Position numbers and translations under genes: made by a program
NCBI RefSeq assembly: GCF_036321535.1
Contig: NC_087437.1
Span: 5,828,001-5,892,000, forward strand
Reading direction: 5' to 3'
DNA from: Camelus dromedarius
Lineage: Eukaryota
DNA length: 64,000 bases
The notes under the pieces: generated by a model
Databases searched by the model: none
What the model saw: the letters and a program-made list of their open reading frames with translations, nothing else
Told to the model about the DNA's origin: nothing
Part shown: piece by piece, positions 25,905 through 39,575 of the stretch
Position numbering within the stretch: the stretch's first letter is position 1
Layout of the letters: each line of letters starts with the position of its first letter

Positions 25905-26160
25905 TTTTTCTTTTTTTTTTTTTTCCCAGGAGGGGGTAGGTAATCAGGTTTGTTTGTTTATTTATTAATGGAGGTACTGGGAGTTGAACCCAGGACCTTA
26001 TGGAGGCTAAGCACGTGCTCTACCACTGAGCTATATATACCCCTATCCCCAATATTTTATTTAATTTAACTTTTTAATGGAGGGACTGGGGATGGAAGCC
26101 AGGACCTCGTGAATGCTAAGCACACGCTGTGCCACTGACCTATACCCCCACCTCCTGCCC
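25905..26160 (-). mobile_element. two head-to-tail Vic-1-type SINE units
   Basis: Two tRNA-Ala-like heads (about 25968-26050 and 26077-26152), bounded by a perfect direct repeat tgtccttggcttttc at 25890-25904 and 26161-26175. Confidence 0.87.
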
Positions 26161-26748
26161 TGTCCTTGGCTTTTCCTTCTGTGCGCACAGTGTGTGGTCA
26201 CCGAGCCAGGCTCTATCCTTCCCTACACACCCTTTCCAGCCCACCTCTCTTTCCCAGCCCCCCTGCATCCTGCCTGCTTCCTGCCCCACCCCATCAAACC
26301 CGCACCCCCAGCCCCTCCTTCACCCTTTTTCAGAATCCTGAAATTTCACTTTGATCCCAGCACATCCCCACTTAAAATCATAACCCCGTATTCTAGCCAG
26401 CCTGGCCGTTTCCTAACCACATTCCCTGCTTTCCTCTAGCTCGTGGAGATGCTAGCGCCTGGGGAGATTTCCCGTGGATGTGGATTTACATCCTGCCCCT
26501 CCCAGCACGCCTGCAGGGGTCCCTCCGTGCCAGAGCCCAGATACATTCCTCTCAGCCTGTGTGTTAACAGTCTGCTAGTGCTTTTCATCCGGCAGAGTTC
26601 TTTCTGTGATTTTTCTAGTATATGGGATTTTTTTTCCTGTAACTTTCTACAGTTTGCATAGTGAAAAATGTGGAGATAGAAGTGACGTTTCATGAGGAAA
26701 CTAGGACAAGCTACTCTGGAAACAGTTTGTTATTTAGAAAGTGTTTTC

Positions 26749-26924
26749 ACTGAAAATAGACTTACCCTATAATCCGACAATCCCACTCCTGGGCATATAT
26801 CCAGAGAAAAGTAATTCAAAAAGATACATGCTCCCTAGTATTCACAGCAGCACTGTATACAACAGCCAAGACATGGAAGTAACTCAGATGTCCAACAATA
26901 GATGGTTGGATAAAGTAGCTGTGG

Positions 26925-26972
<48 letters not shown>

Positions 26973-27410
26973 GGAATACTACTCAGCCATAAAAAAGAGT
27001 AAAATAATGCCATTTGTAGCAACATGGATGGACCTGAAGATTGTCATTCTAAGTGATGTAAGTTGGAGAAAGACAAATACCGTATGATATCACTTATATG
27101 TGGGATCTAAAAAAAAATGACACAAAGGAACTTATTTACAAAACAGAAAGACTCACAGACATAGAAAACAAACTTATGGTTACAGGGGTGGGGGAAGGGG
27201 GGTGGAGGGATAAATTGGGAGTCTGAGATTTATTATATATAAAATAGATACACAACAGGGTCCTACTGTATAGCACAGAGAACTATATACAATACTTTGT
27301 AATAACCTATCATGAAAAAGAATATGAAAAGGAATATATATATGGGTAAATGAATCACGATCCTGTACACCAGAAATTGTAAATCGACTATACTTCAATT
27401 TAAAAAGAAA
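26749..27410 (+). mobile_element. 5'-truncated LINE-1, sense to the gene, with internal (CA)n at about 26927-26969
   Basis: ORF 26741 LKIDLPYNPTIPLLGIYPEK is the L1 ORF2 C-terminus; 3' UTR ends tatacttcaatttaaaaagaaa. Confidence 0.9.
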
Positions 27411-27697
27411 ATAAGGTATTTTCCCAGTGACCTTGCTGGAAGGGATGGTGACCACAGCTATTATGACCTGGTGCACCTCGGCCCCTGGAGAGTACCCTCT
27501 CCCTGCCCGGTCCCCACAGCAGAATGTGGGAGATGCAGGGGACTAGCTACAATTGTAGTGTGCAGCTGGGCAGAGACCCCCACAACCCTGTGACTTCTGC
27601 ACTCCAGTTCAAACATGTGATTTAATGTAAAAATTATTTTAAAATATCTAAATATTTTAAAAATAAAAAATACTTAATAAAAAATTATTTTAAAGTA

Positions 27698-27883
27698 TTT
27701 TTTAACATTTTTTATTGAGTTATAGTCATTTTACAATGCTGTGTCAAATTCCAGTGTAGAGCACAATTTTTCAGTTACACGTGAACATACATATATTCAT
27801 TGTCACGTATTTTTCGCTGTGAGCTACCACAAAATCTTGTATACATTTCCCTGTGCTATACAGTATAATCTTGTTTATCTATT
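27698..27883 (-). mobile_element. LINE-1 3' terminus of a different subfamily
   Basis: ttttattgagttatagtcattttacaatgctgtgtcaaattccagtgtagagcac...tttccctgtgctatacagtataatcttgtttatctatt; flanked by aaagtatt on both sides. Confidence 0.75.
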
Positions 27884-30074
27884 AAAAAGTATTAAAATAT
27901 TAAAAAGCTGCCTTGTGATTTTCAACAGTAACTTCATAAATGGTTTCTCTTCCATTAGTTCAGCTCTGTGACGTTTTGCTGCACTTCGGAAGCTTTAGCA
28001 AAAGGAAGTGTTGCCTCTGAATTTCAGTTTAGAAGTCCCGAATCCCAGTGTTCTGCATTTGATTCGAAAATTCTTCACCCACACAGTGATACTTACTGTA
28101 AAATGTTAAAAAGAAGAGTTGTTAACGCAGAGAGGATGTTACTTTCCAGAGCACAGAGAAAAGCACCAAAGCTTACAAAGTCCTGGGGAATTTCACCTTT
28201 ATTTTCTGTCCATTCTCAGCGTTAGGGAGCGTAAGGCTGTGTAGCACAATGGTGACACTGAGCTTTAGAGGCCGCCGAATTCTCTGTGGAATTGGGACAG
28301 GAAATACGGCTTTGCGTTAAACTGGTTTGTCTTCTGAAGACAGGACCCGTGATTTCCATGTGCTGTTTTGTTATCAACCCCTAGGGTCCTGAGAGGCACG
28401 TCCTGCTGTGGTCTGGTCCTCCCAGCATCTTCCCTGAGTCACACCTGCCACCTGGGCATCCACTGACCTTGGAGCTCCAGGGTGTTCATGGCGGGATGGG
28501 GTGGGGGGCGTGTATCATTTTTATGAGTCCACTGGCAAGTTTGAGAATGCTGCCCAACTATTTGAGTTTGGGAAGATGTTTACTTGTTAGGTGTCCCACA
28601 GTCACCGAATCTGTAAAAGGAGAAACCTTTTTTGCTGTCTAGGCACTCTCTTTTATGACAACCTTAGCACTTCTCAGACTTCGTAACTTCATTAGAAGCA
28701 GCCACAGCCCAAGCCCCAGCCGCATCCGGGTGTGAAGATGGGGTCGGGAGAAGGAGGAACGCAGGGGGAGGCCTTTTCTGCCTGAAGCTGAGGGACAAAG
28801 CATGATGAAGGGGAAGAAACCTGGAACTCGGAAGATGCTATTACGGTTATCATTAAGCGTCCGTCACCCAGGGACTTAACATTATTAGCAAATTACTTTT
28901 GTGATGATCAAAATCTGTGTCCCTGGGGTGACAGGGAATTTGGGGTACTGTCCAAAACCAGACCTGAGATCCTCCCGTAAAACCACAGACTTGCTTATTC
29001 TGAAAACAGAATCTTCCCACTTGATGTGCAGGTTTCAAAACAGAAAATAAAGACGTGGTCTACAGAAATCTAGTAAAATAAAATACATTAACGTCGTGGT
29101 AGTTCTCCTAACCACGTCTATAAACAGGGAAGTTGGCCTTGTACTAACAGGGGGCGTGACTTTCAAAACAGAGCGTTCTTAGGAAAGGCACTTCTGGTTT
29201 CTCTCCAGCTTAGTAACATGTGAATATTAATTTCTTCTTTTCACCTGCTTGAGTCCTGTATTAAAACCTTGTATTAAAATTGATCAAATTTATGAAATGG
29301 GCTTCTGGGCTATGTTAAATCTCTAAGTTTTCCTAGTGCATGAGTTGCAGAAATTTAGGAGGTACTGGTAACTGGACACTGAAGTCCATTAACAAATACA
29401 TCGAAGCATCTTCTACTTCGTAAACAATGTGAGGTCCCACGTGGTGAGTTACGACCACCGGCAGCACGATATCTGATTGCAGTGCTGAGATGCACACCTG
29501 TGCCTTTAAAGGGACATGAGTTTAATGCATTTGCATTAATGCAGATAATGCTTACAAAACCGGCCACTCTACTGGACCTTGCGTTATATTGACATTTTAA
29601 TTAAGAAAGTAAGATAACTTAAAGTCCTTTTTCCTTTTGACTCATCTCCTGATGTCTCTCCCCACGTGTCTGTCTGCTTTGGCTAGTCTCGGATGCTTTT
29701 TCTAGTGGTTTCACATTAAATATTAAATGGCTTCTGGTTTTGAGTAAATGAATTGTTAAGTGGAGCCAAGTGAATGGTCTGTTGTTGTCATTTTAGAAAA
29801 ATGTTTTCCCAGAGTGCTTTATAGAAATATTATTTACAGACACCCTTCTGGGCCCATGTCAGTAGTGGACAGGATGCCACGTGCTGTGTGTGGTTCGTGG
29901 CAGGAGCCGGGAAAGTCTCCTCTGCTCCCGCCCACGCTTCTGGTAGGAATGTGCTGTCCTCGCCTCCTCCACGCCGTTGCTGCCTCTCGTGTGTCAAGAC
30001 CCATTGTGGTGTCGTGGAAACAGCGGTGACTGTGAGTCAGACGGATACCAGCTCCACTGTTCATTATTACAGCC

Positions 30075-30250
30075 CTTTGCCCGTAACTCCTGGCGACCTT
30101 GGGAAAGCCGCTCCACTCTCAGGTCCTCAGTGTTCACATCTGTGAAACCAGCACCACAAACACGCAGCCCGCACAGACCTGGTGAGCATTAAGGGAAACA
30201 GAGAACGCCAAGCACGTACCTGGTGCCGAGGAGGCGCTGAATTACTTTCG
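30075..30250 (+). mobile_element. MIR SINE relic
   Basis: gaccttgggaaagccgctccactctcaggtcctcagtgttcacatctgtgaaa is MIR core-like. Confidence 0.5.
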
Positions 30251-33200
30251 TTTTGACTCATTCACCCAACACTTGTGCTATTTATAGTCGCATCTCGTTA
30301 TAAAGCAGCCGACCCAGCCAGAGATTCCACCCACCCCCAGATCCGATGCAGCCCCGTGTTGTCCCTGCTGTGTCCCCAGGGGCGCTGTCATCACTGTTGG
30401 CTGGCTGAGAACAAGACGGCCGGCGGGCAGGGAGGCCGGGGGCAGCCCTGCCCTCTCGACCTGCTGCACCTTTAACCAGAGCACTCACAGCATCTCACGG
30501 TCCAGAGAGGTCCCAGAAGAACACCTGGACGAGAACTCAGGCAAATACCGCAAGAGCTGAGGGTTGATGAACCCACGCTATGAACACGAGCTGTCAGTGG
30601 GTTACCATAGAGTAACTTCGTTATAAATATGTACCCTGCAACTGTAAAAAGATAGAAACTGGCAGTTCCTCCTCGCAAAGGCAGTGGTGAAAACATTCAC
30701 TGACAGAGTGCATCATTTCCACGAGGTCTGGATGTGTTTTCTCCCCGCCTTGCTGAAGTGTTGCTGATGGGTCTGCCGCGTGCCCGCCTCCTCCTAGGCT
30801 GGTGCTTCTGGAGCCCCCTCCAGCGCGCTCCGTGGATGCTGCTGCTGTTCACTCCCAGGGGTGTTTATTTTAGGCAGGGGGCGCCTCCCCCGCATTACGG
30901 GGAGAAGACCTGTGTACTGAGGTCCCAGCCGCAGGCGGAGCGTGAACCCTCCCACCGCCCTGCCCCAGCTTTGTCCCCTCCAGGAGCGTGTATGTGGGCA
31001 GTGGTGGCACTGCTAATTCCACTGTGATTACTGTTTGCTGGTGGACCCGGGTCTTTCTGTCCTTCACGTGTTCTCAGCCCCAAGCTCAGGGTCCCACACT
31101 CAGAGCCTCATACAGGATGGTCCCCAGAATAAAGGACTGGTCCCCCAGGTAGGACCGAGCACAGGGGGCAGGTGGGCGTCCCCTCCTGACCCTGGAGATG
31201 GACGTGCATTTCTTAAGCCTGGCGTGTCTGACAGTTCCTCGGTGCAGCGCTGTTTAGCCTTTGGCGATACCTTGAGCTGGAAGATGATTCTAAGAAAACA
31301 GTGCGATCGGTTGTTCCTCTGAGATTCGTCACACCAGGCTTTTCAAGTAAAAGTAATATCAGTAACGGGTGTGTGAAATGGTGCCAGCAAGCGTACGAAG
31401 GCATCCTCGTTCAGCTAATTCTGGGCTTCCAGAAGGTGCTCAGCCAGGCCCCCAGGTCGGGGGGAGTCCACCGTGACATCTCCGGCAAGTTCCAGCCACC
31501 TGCACCCTCTCCTCTAAGCCCCCAGCACTAGGAGGGAAGGGTCTTGTATGAAACTCAGTTTGCAAGTGGGAGATTGTGGCTCCATGACGTTTAATATCTC
31601 ATCTTAGAGGACGGAGTTAAGGAAGCCGTGTAAATCGGCTCTCATTCCGCCCCTGCACCACCTGCAGCGTGAGTCCGTCTGGACACTGTCCCTCGCAGGT
31701 TGTCTGCGTGAGCCGGTGCTCAATGTCGTCCTCTCATACCCCTTCTGCTGTTGCTGCTGTCCTGCCTGGTGGCTTCGTGACCAGGTTCATCTCCTTGCTC
31801 TTTCTTTCCCCGTTTGAATGATGGAGGCACGGTTGAGCAGTTCCGTGATACTGAGCTGTGACAGGCACCATCCTTGCTGGAAGAAGTCCTTGTTTCTTCC
31901 TGTCTCCTATTTGGCTTGACATCAAAGCTGGAAAAGGTTACTGATGACAGCATGAACCTTTTCAGTATGCAGATCGCATGATGGGACAAATGACTTTATA
32001 TCGGCGTTACTGAGTTGTTAAGTATTCATTTTTATCGCTGCCTGTTCAGTATGTCAAGCTGTGAAGTAGAATATTTTAATTTTATAGGGATGACTCAGTT
32101 TGAAGAATGAATATGCAGAATCCCGGGGTGTGAGCCCTGACACTGGGCTGTGGACTTCTTGAAGACAGGGCTATAGTCCTGTGGGTCACTGTGTCCCCCG
32201 TTCCTATCAGGGGCTGCCTGTAGGGTCTTCTGTGAATAATGAATAAAGGCAGAAGTGAACACTGGCTCTGGGCTTCAAACCTCACAGTGTTTACTATAAT
32301 TTTCTTAGAACAGTGGAAGTGGATAAATGCCGTGTGACTCACTCTAAGGCTCTGGTGTGCTTAGGAGGCGTGTGGATTGTACTTTAGTTTAAATAAGAAT
32401 AACTAATAAAATATGGTGTTCTTTGAGTTATATAAATAACCCACCCTAACTATATTTAATTTCTATAGAATCATTACTATGGCAGTTAACACTATAAAGC
32501 AAAAGAAGGCAGAATTTAAAGGGATGGAGAATGAAGGATCGGTATTTGTTATTGAAAACAGGATGGTCATGGAAGATAGATGAGTAATAATACAGTGTTA
32601 AGGGTTTGAACATTTAAATACAAAAAGCTACAGTCTGCACTTATGGCCGGCGTCCTGGTTGTACCTATTTGAGCCACGAGACTGAGTCTGTTTGTCCCAT
32701 TTTCCTTGTCATTTCAGAGCCAAAAGATTTCTTCAGACAGATCTTTTCCCAGCATTTTAGTGAGTAAAATAATTGGTCAGCCGTGCCCCGATCCTTTTCC
32801 TTATTCAAGGTTTGGCCCTTAAAACAAGCACATTGCAACTTGGAACAAGAACTCAAAACTGACTATTTTAAAATCACTGACAGGAACATTAAAAACCCTA
32901 GTCTGAGTGAGATCATTTGTGATGCGTCAAATAAACGCAGTTCTCTGATCCTCATGGGAGGTTTTAGACTAATGTTCGGGCGAAGGCATCGTGGCTGCAG
33001 CGAGTGAGGCGTGTAGGTGCTTAACACTCGGTGAAGTGGGAGGTTCTGTTAAGACGATGGCTAGATCCGAGGTGTGCACGTACTTATGGGCAGCTTGTCC
33101 CGTGGAAACGAACTCCGCTCAGTAGCGGCCGGGTTCCGATCTGGTGTTGTACAAGCCCCACTACACCTGGGACTCACTCCTCACAGCCCCATTTAAGCCG

Positions 33201-33376
33201 TTGTGTGGGGAGGCGTGACTTCACCGTTGGCGTTTGAACTTGAGTAGTGGGGTGTCAGGCGAGGGGCCGGGTTGCCTCATCCGTCCGCCGTGTTCAGGGA
33301 GGAGCCTCGGGCACGAGCACAGACCCCCGGGTCCTGCTGTCGGGCGTGACCTCGTGTCTGGATGTTTCCTTTGCAG

Positions 33377-33452
33377 ATGATCCAGTCCCTCAAGGCATTG
33401 ATCGAAAATGCGGACGCTGTGTATGAGAAGATCGTACACTGTCAGAAGGCGG
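33377..33452 (+). CDS. PLCL2: PLCL2 exon 4 (MIQSLKALIENADAVYEKIVHCQKA)
   Basis: Not in the ORF track; read directly. Acceptor tgtttcctttgcAG (33375-33376); donor GCG G|gtaagt at 33453. 76 nt, phase 0/1. Peptide matches the recalled PLCL2 C-terminal region. Confidence 0.93.
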
Positions 33453-36400
33453 GTAAGTGACAGCTCGTTGCTTTTCTTTACTTAGCAGCGTCATATCATG
33501 GCCCCCTGAACTGTTTCATCTTTTTGGTTCTCTGTCAAGAACATCAGCTATGACATGTCTCAGGCCTGGATCGCAGGACACCCCCCCCCCCCACCAGTTG
33601 GAGGGGATTCTTTAAAATATATTGACGTGGTCCGGGCCGTGGCTTAAGAATTCATAGCTGTTAAGAGTTCCCAGCGTTTCTAACGTGCAGCCTCGACTGA
33701 AACCCTCTGCCTGGACTTCTTCCTCCGTGTGACCTGTGACGACTTTCTAGCACCTGGTAGGAGAGGTGGGGCCTGGGTGGAGAAAAAAACTGCATATTCT
33801 TAGAAAGGAGAGTGACCACCGGTTACAGCCTCCTTCGATTTTGAATGCACTGGCATTTTCAAATGCTGATGAGTTCATTCATTTAACATCCAAATGTTAC
33901 ACGAGATTATAAAATTCTCCTTCCGCGAACAACCGTTTAATTAATTTTAGTTGTGATAAAAAAAGAAGTCAAGTGTTCTACAGTGTAATACAAGTAGGCG
34001 AGATGGAGTTCTTTCAGTTTTCAGATTTTGTTTGAGTGTCAGTGTGGAGAATATTTGTAATTCATAAATGAGAATACCTGTCCTTAAATTTCTAAGTTTT
34101 GGTTGCTGTTCTTTAAAATTGAAACTATAACTGTTACCTCACCTTAAAAAAAGAGTCATCTCTCATCTCAGAAATGAACTCGTTTAAAATAGATGAAAAG
34201 CAAAGATACATGGGCCAGTTTTCTCCTTTGGTGTGTATTGCAGAATATACACATTAGTGACTAATCCATAGATAAAAACCCTCATCTTGTTTTCTCATCT
34301 TGTTAGCAAAACATTGTTAGCAAAGTATTCTTTCTACTTCCAGTCCTTTCTGGACTTACAACCATGACTGAAGCAAGTTACTCCAAGTACCATTTCTATC
34401 ACGTCACTGCCCTGCACAAGATTACTGAATAGCTTAGCAAGTCTATCAGCCTCTAACTTCCCGTGCAAGGGTCTCGGCCAACGGGCTCACCCATTTTGCC
34501 AATATTATATAAAAAAAATTACTTAAGGAATCTGTTCATTTATTTAATATAAATGTTTTGAACTTCTACTCTGCAGAAGGTGCTTGTGAGAGCTGTTATA
34601 AACCAAAATTTTGCAAACTAAGCAAGACTGGTTTTTGCCTTCTGGAACGTTCAAATCAAACAGGGCACATGAAAGTGACCACGCACAGTCAGATGCATTG
34701 AGTACCTACTGTGTGCTACTCAGGAGCCTGAAGTCGGTTTGCGAGGTGATGGAGAGCCCCTGGTTTTTTTTGTGGAAGGGGGAGAAGCAGGGCTCTAAGG
34801 TGAGGACGACAGTAGCTGTGTGCAGAGGACAGTCGTGGGAGCAGCGAGAAAGCCACGGACATGCGGGTGCTCGCCCAGCCTGGTCCCGGGCTGCCCTCCC
34901 CATCCCTGTATGCTTCTGCATGGATTTTCATAGGCTGTGCCTCTGGTAGGACCTCCCCTTCCCTCCTCTCTGCCAGTCTGTCCTCTTCTTTAAGTGTTAG
35001 ATTCTATTCAACGCATGTGTTGATTGCTATGAGAATTGTGGACTATCAGAATTTGAAACCACATTTCTTGGAAAACCAGAACTGTGTATTAATTTAACAT
35101 AACTTGAGTTATGATCAGTTCTTTCCAGCTTCGTTGGTTTAGGAAATTTGATCATGCCTAGCCTCACGCGCTTTTGTGTTGCTTTCCTGCTTGATTTCAG
35201 GAAGGGGTAGATTTGCTTGTATTGAAAAGGCTGAAGAGTCTTGTCTGTTCAGGATTTTGCTGGGAGAGGTGGGGGACCACCCCTGAGAAATGGTCCGCGT
35301 TGCTCTGGGTTTAAAGACCTTCAGAAGCACGCACCTATTCTCTCTCGGTTTCGCAATGACTGCCGCCTGCCCACACTGCCCTTCGGTGGCAGGTGCTTAT
35401 TTTAGATCCCCCTTGATCTCTGCTTCGTGTGTTTACAGTTATCGTAAGGCGCAGAGTTCTTAGTCATACGAAGAGTTGCTAATTTGTATTGGGCTCAAAA
35501 ACATGCGCATGAGATTTGACTTTGATAAGTAAGTGTTGTTCTGCTCACAGGATCTTTCATCTTGTCACCACAAAAGAAAGCCTAGAAGAGAGGATTATTT
35601 TAGAAGTCTTGCAAACTTTCAAACACAAATTTCTCCTCTGAGTACATAAACCTTCACTTAAATAATTGAGTGAAAACCGGGAGTCACACCCCCACGTCCA
35701 GGCACAGGTTGAAAAGCGCCCCCAGTTTGGACAGGTTTGGACTCCCAGCTACGTAACTGATTTTTTTTTTTTTTTTTTGAGCCAGAAGTGTGTCTGCTGA
35801 TGCTCCCCACTTACTGGGGAGAGAGGGAGTGAGGGCGGGGATAGTGGGGGACACTGCAAAGTAAGGACCCGTGAGGTAGGCCAGGAGCCTGCAGGCCCAG
35901 CAGGCAGCGACCCACAGGGACCGGGACCCAGAGGGGCCTGGAGAGGGCAGGGCAGTGGAACAAGCAGACCGTGGGCAGTGGCGGCGGCCTGCATGGCCCA
36001 GTCTTTCAGGAAAAGAATAAGGCGGCTCAGAAGGTTGGAGGATTAAAGGGAAATCCTAAAGGAAAAAACCATGGTTCTAGGATTATGAAAGAGCCAGTAA
36101 AAGGAAGGCGTTAAAAGATGAGACCCAAATAGAGGAAGGGAAGGGAGGAGGGCGGGCATCTCAAGTGCGGTCGGGAAACACCGGACCTTAGAGAGGGGGC
36201 AGGACCCCAATTCTGAGATAATACAGGTGGCCGGGCATTTAGAGGGATTCTGGGGGGGAAAATCTTTTCCTTTGAGAAGGTGGATGAGGGGGAAGGTCAG
36301 CTCTAGGGGCGGGGGTGCGGGCATGGAGGAGGAGCCAGAGCAAGAGGGTGGTGGTACCTGAGACAGGGACGGTAAATGTGTCACTCGTGCAGGAGGGATG

Positions 36401-39400
36401 TGGGGAGTGAGGAGCACAGAGAAGTGACAGGTGGCAGGGCCGTGCAGGAGCGGTCCGGGTTAACTCACGAGCACGTGTCCCCCTGGACCTCACAAGTGCT
36501 GCTCTTCCAGGAAACAGCCCAGTGGGTGATGCGTAAGGAACACACGTAGGGGGCAGGACCGGAGTCTCCCGGGGGAGAAGCACCGTAAAAGTTCACAGTT
36601 TCCTTTAAGCTAGTTTATAGAAGCTGATAAAAGATTTGCCAGATTCTTGCAGGGGAAACGTCTTGTCCACTTTCTGACATCTCTCTCTCTCTTCTCTTTC
36701 AATGGCCGAAAAATGACAGCCTATGTTTGAATGTTGATTTCCTTAAAAAGTCCCCAAACCGGTCTGTTTCATAAAACCAGACCGACCGCTTTGCTTCAGT
36801 GACTGGATGTTTTTATTGGGTGGATTTAAGTGGAAAATCATTTGTTTTCTAGAAAGGAAAACAAGAAATCAATGACCTAGTTCCTGTCCAAGAATTAACA
36901 CATGCATTTAATCTCCACTCCCTTCTGAGCCTCATTAAAATGACAGTAGGGGTGGGTTTTTTTTAAACTTAGAAAAACAAAGAAAATGGGGACAACAACA
37001 TTTTGAAAACCGAGAGACAGCTGATGGAGGGAGAATCAACTTAGCTGACTTGAGCAAGCTGGGCCTGAAGCTGGCAGAGGGCAGGGCTGGGGGAGGGGTG
37101 ACAGGCAGGTAGGTGGAGACCACCGCCCCCAGCTCAGGGCTTGGTGGCACCAGGTGCCTCAGGGAGTAGGGGTAATGGTGGGCATATAAAAGAGGAGAAC
37201 TGACCAAAAGCTGGATTCAGGAGCAGTTAGACCCCAGGTGGCCAAGACACTCCCCATGTCCTGACAGTGGGGAGGTTAAAGTGAGCAAAATTCTCCTCCT
37301 TTATATGGGGGATGCTTGAAACAAAAATCTAACTAAACAATAGATGTGTGTTACTTAGAAATACAGACACAAATGCTAAAAAAGGAAGCAAAAACTCAGC
37401 TAAAAGGGTTGAGTAACTGCTTCTGGTGAAGGGGGATCGGTGACAACTGTTGGGCTCTTTATGTGCATGCATACTTCTAGTAAAAATTCAGTCAGCACTA
37501 AATTTAAATTTAAGTTAATTTACTAAATGTAAGAAAAAAGAAGGAAGGGATGGAGGGACAGGGATGGGAGCTGCGGCAGGAGTCCGCGACTGCGGGTGAG
37601 CCTGGAGGAGATGTGGCCACACCCACCAGGCTCGGGGACACTTGGTGAGTCAGGTGGTTACTGCCCAGGACGCCGCCACCCCCACCCCTTGCTTTCTGGG
37701 TGGGCCCCGCGCAGAGGTGGTGAGGGACGGGGGGTCGGGGGCTGGCCCCTCTCCCACCAGGAGAACATGTTCCCTGCTCTTTGGGAATGTCTCTTAGGAG
37801 AAGGGGACACCAAGCTCTAAGTGAAAGAAAACCCAGTCCCCTCCCCAGCCGCTGCTGGAATAGAAGCTCTGTGGGGTCCTCGCACAGCAGGGCTGCGTGT
37901 ACTGAGTAAAGTGGGATGGAAGGCAGCTTTCAAAATAACGAAAGCTTTAATCACCCTTCGTTTTAATCCGTTTAATGGAAATTCTTCTATACGGGACGCT
38001 CCGCATCCCTGCTTTTCTGGACTTTGGCTTTACCGAGAGTGATTTGAGATTTTGATGACTCGGGTCCTTTTGAGAAGCATCTGTGATGGGCTGTGGATAA
38101 CCCGGCTGTGCCCCCGGGAGCCTGAAGTTTTGGGGGCCCTGTAACCTGCGCTCTGGCGGCTTCCAGCTGTGCCTGTTCAGAGCTATTCCCAGGGTTAATA
38201 ATCCCGTCTCCTTCCCTTGAGCGTTCACATCCTGCCACTTGTACGGCGTTTCCGCCTGTCTCTGCATGCTGCCCTTTTTGTTGTCTTTCGGATTTGCTGC
38301 TTCTCATCCGCCAGGCAGGTGCTTGGCCTCTCCCCTGTGATGGAGCCTGATAGATTTGTCTTACCTCAAAGCCGAGGGGACCCTGACGCCCGCCCGCCTG
38401 CCCGTGTGGGGAGAGCAGGCGGGATGCGGGCAGGCAGCCCGCCGTGACCGTGACCGTGACCGTTACCAGGATTTGATTGCTCAGAGACCATCATTGTTTT
38501 GCAAGCCCCTTGGATCTCGGTGTGTTCTCAGGAGCCGAGATTTCCAAATAGGTTAACCCCTGTCACCACCATCATGGGGTCTGCTCACCTTGTTTCTTAC
38601 CCAGCACAGCACACATAAGATCATCTGGAAGATTCTTCCTGAAAGCACTTCACAGGTGTTCTGTTTAAAAATGTTCACACAAGGAAGCCGGGGCGCCTAT
38701 AACATGTGTTTTCGTTCATGTCAAGATGCTTCTCAGCTCCAATTTACAGAAGTAAGAGGTTCTTCCCTGGGGTCCCAGAGACCGTGTTCCTGTGCCCTCT
38801 GTACCACGTCCTGCTGTGTGGCATTAGGTTGGTCACTTGACTCCTCTCTGCCTCATTTTCCGCCTCCTAAGTGGCATTGAAGTGTGATTCCCAGGTGGTC
38901 TCGTGGGCTCTAAGATGCAATGACCTTCAATCAGTTGCCTACCAGCAGTTTTGGAGTCGTTTGATGACAGTCACTCATAGTAGGAGGTCAGTCACCCCAG
39001 GCAATCCCTCGCAATCCTTGGCACGTGTGAATTGCAGCCTGTCAGCATGGGGGTCGAGGGGCAAAGTTACCTCCTGGCTTTGAAGGTGAAGAGTGAGACA
39101 CATGAACCCTCAACTCCTTTGGAGCCCTCACCATCTTTCCTCCTCTTCTTAAAGAATCACCAGATGCTCCCCCAGGCACTGTAATTAACCAACAACGAGC
39201 GAAGGCAAGAAGTAGCAGGGGCGGCAGCAGCTGGCCAGCCTGCCCCCTCCCCCTCTCCTCTTCCCCCCAGAGGAGCCGTCATGCATGATGCAGGAGGGCG
39301 CAGGGAACAAGCACAAATGTGGCCGCTCGGCCAACTCGGGGGAAGCTGGTGCACAAGTACCCAGTCTCCAGGAGCCCGCCGCCTCGCCACACCCCACACT

Positions 39401-39449
39401 GAGAGGACTCGCCGTCCTGCCCTGCTTTAAGGGCCCCCATAACTGGGTG

Positions 39450-39575
39450 GTCGGATCTCCTGGGGATGCCTGTTTAAAGTGCAGTCTCTTTACATCACGC
39501 CCACAATGTGGAATCTTTGGGGCTGGGGCCGGGAATTTGCATTTGAATGAGCAGGTCAGGTTTTGAGGACCTCTC
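39450..39575. mobile_element. MER5-like relic
   Basis: tctcctggggatgcctgtttaaagtgcag...ggggccgggaatttgcatttgaa. Confidence 0.5.

Noticed and set aside
38442..38463. (CCGTGA)3 tandem and other short local duplications (e.g. 34281-34324)
   Set aside because: Ordinary slippage repeats with no spacer structure; nothing CRISPR-like or array-like in this eukaryotic window.
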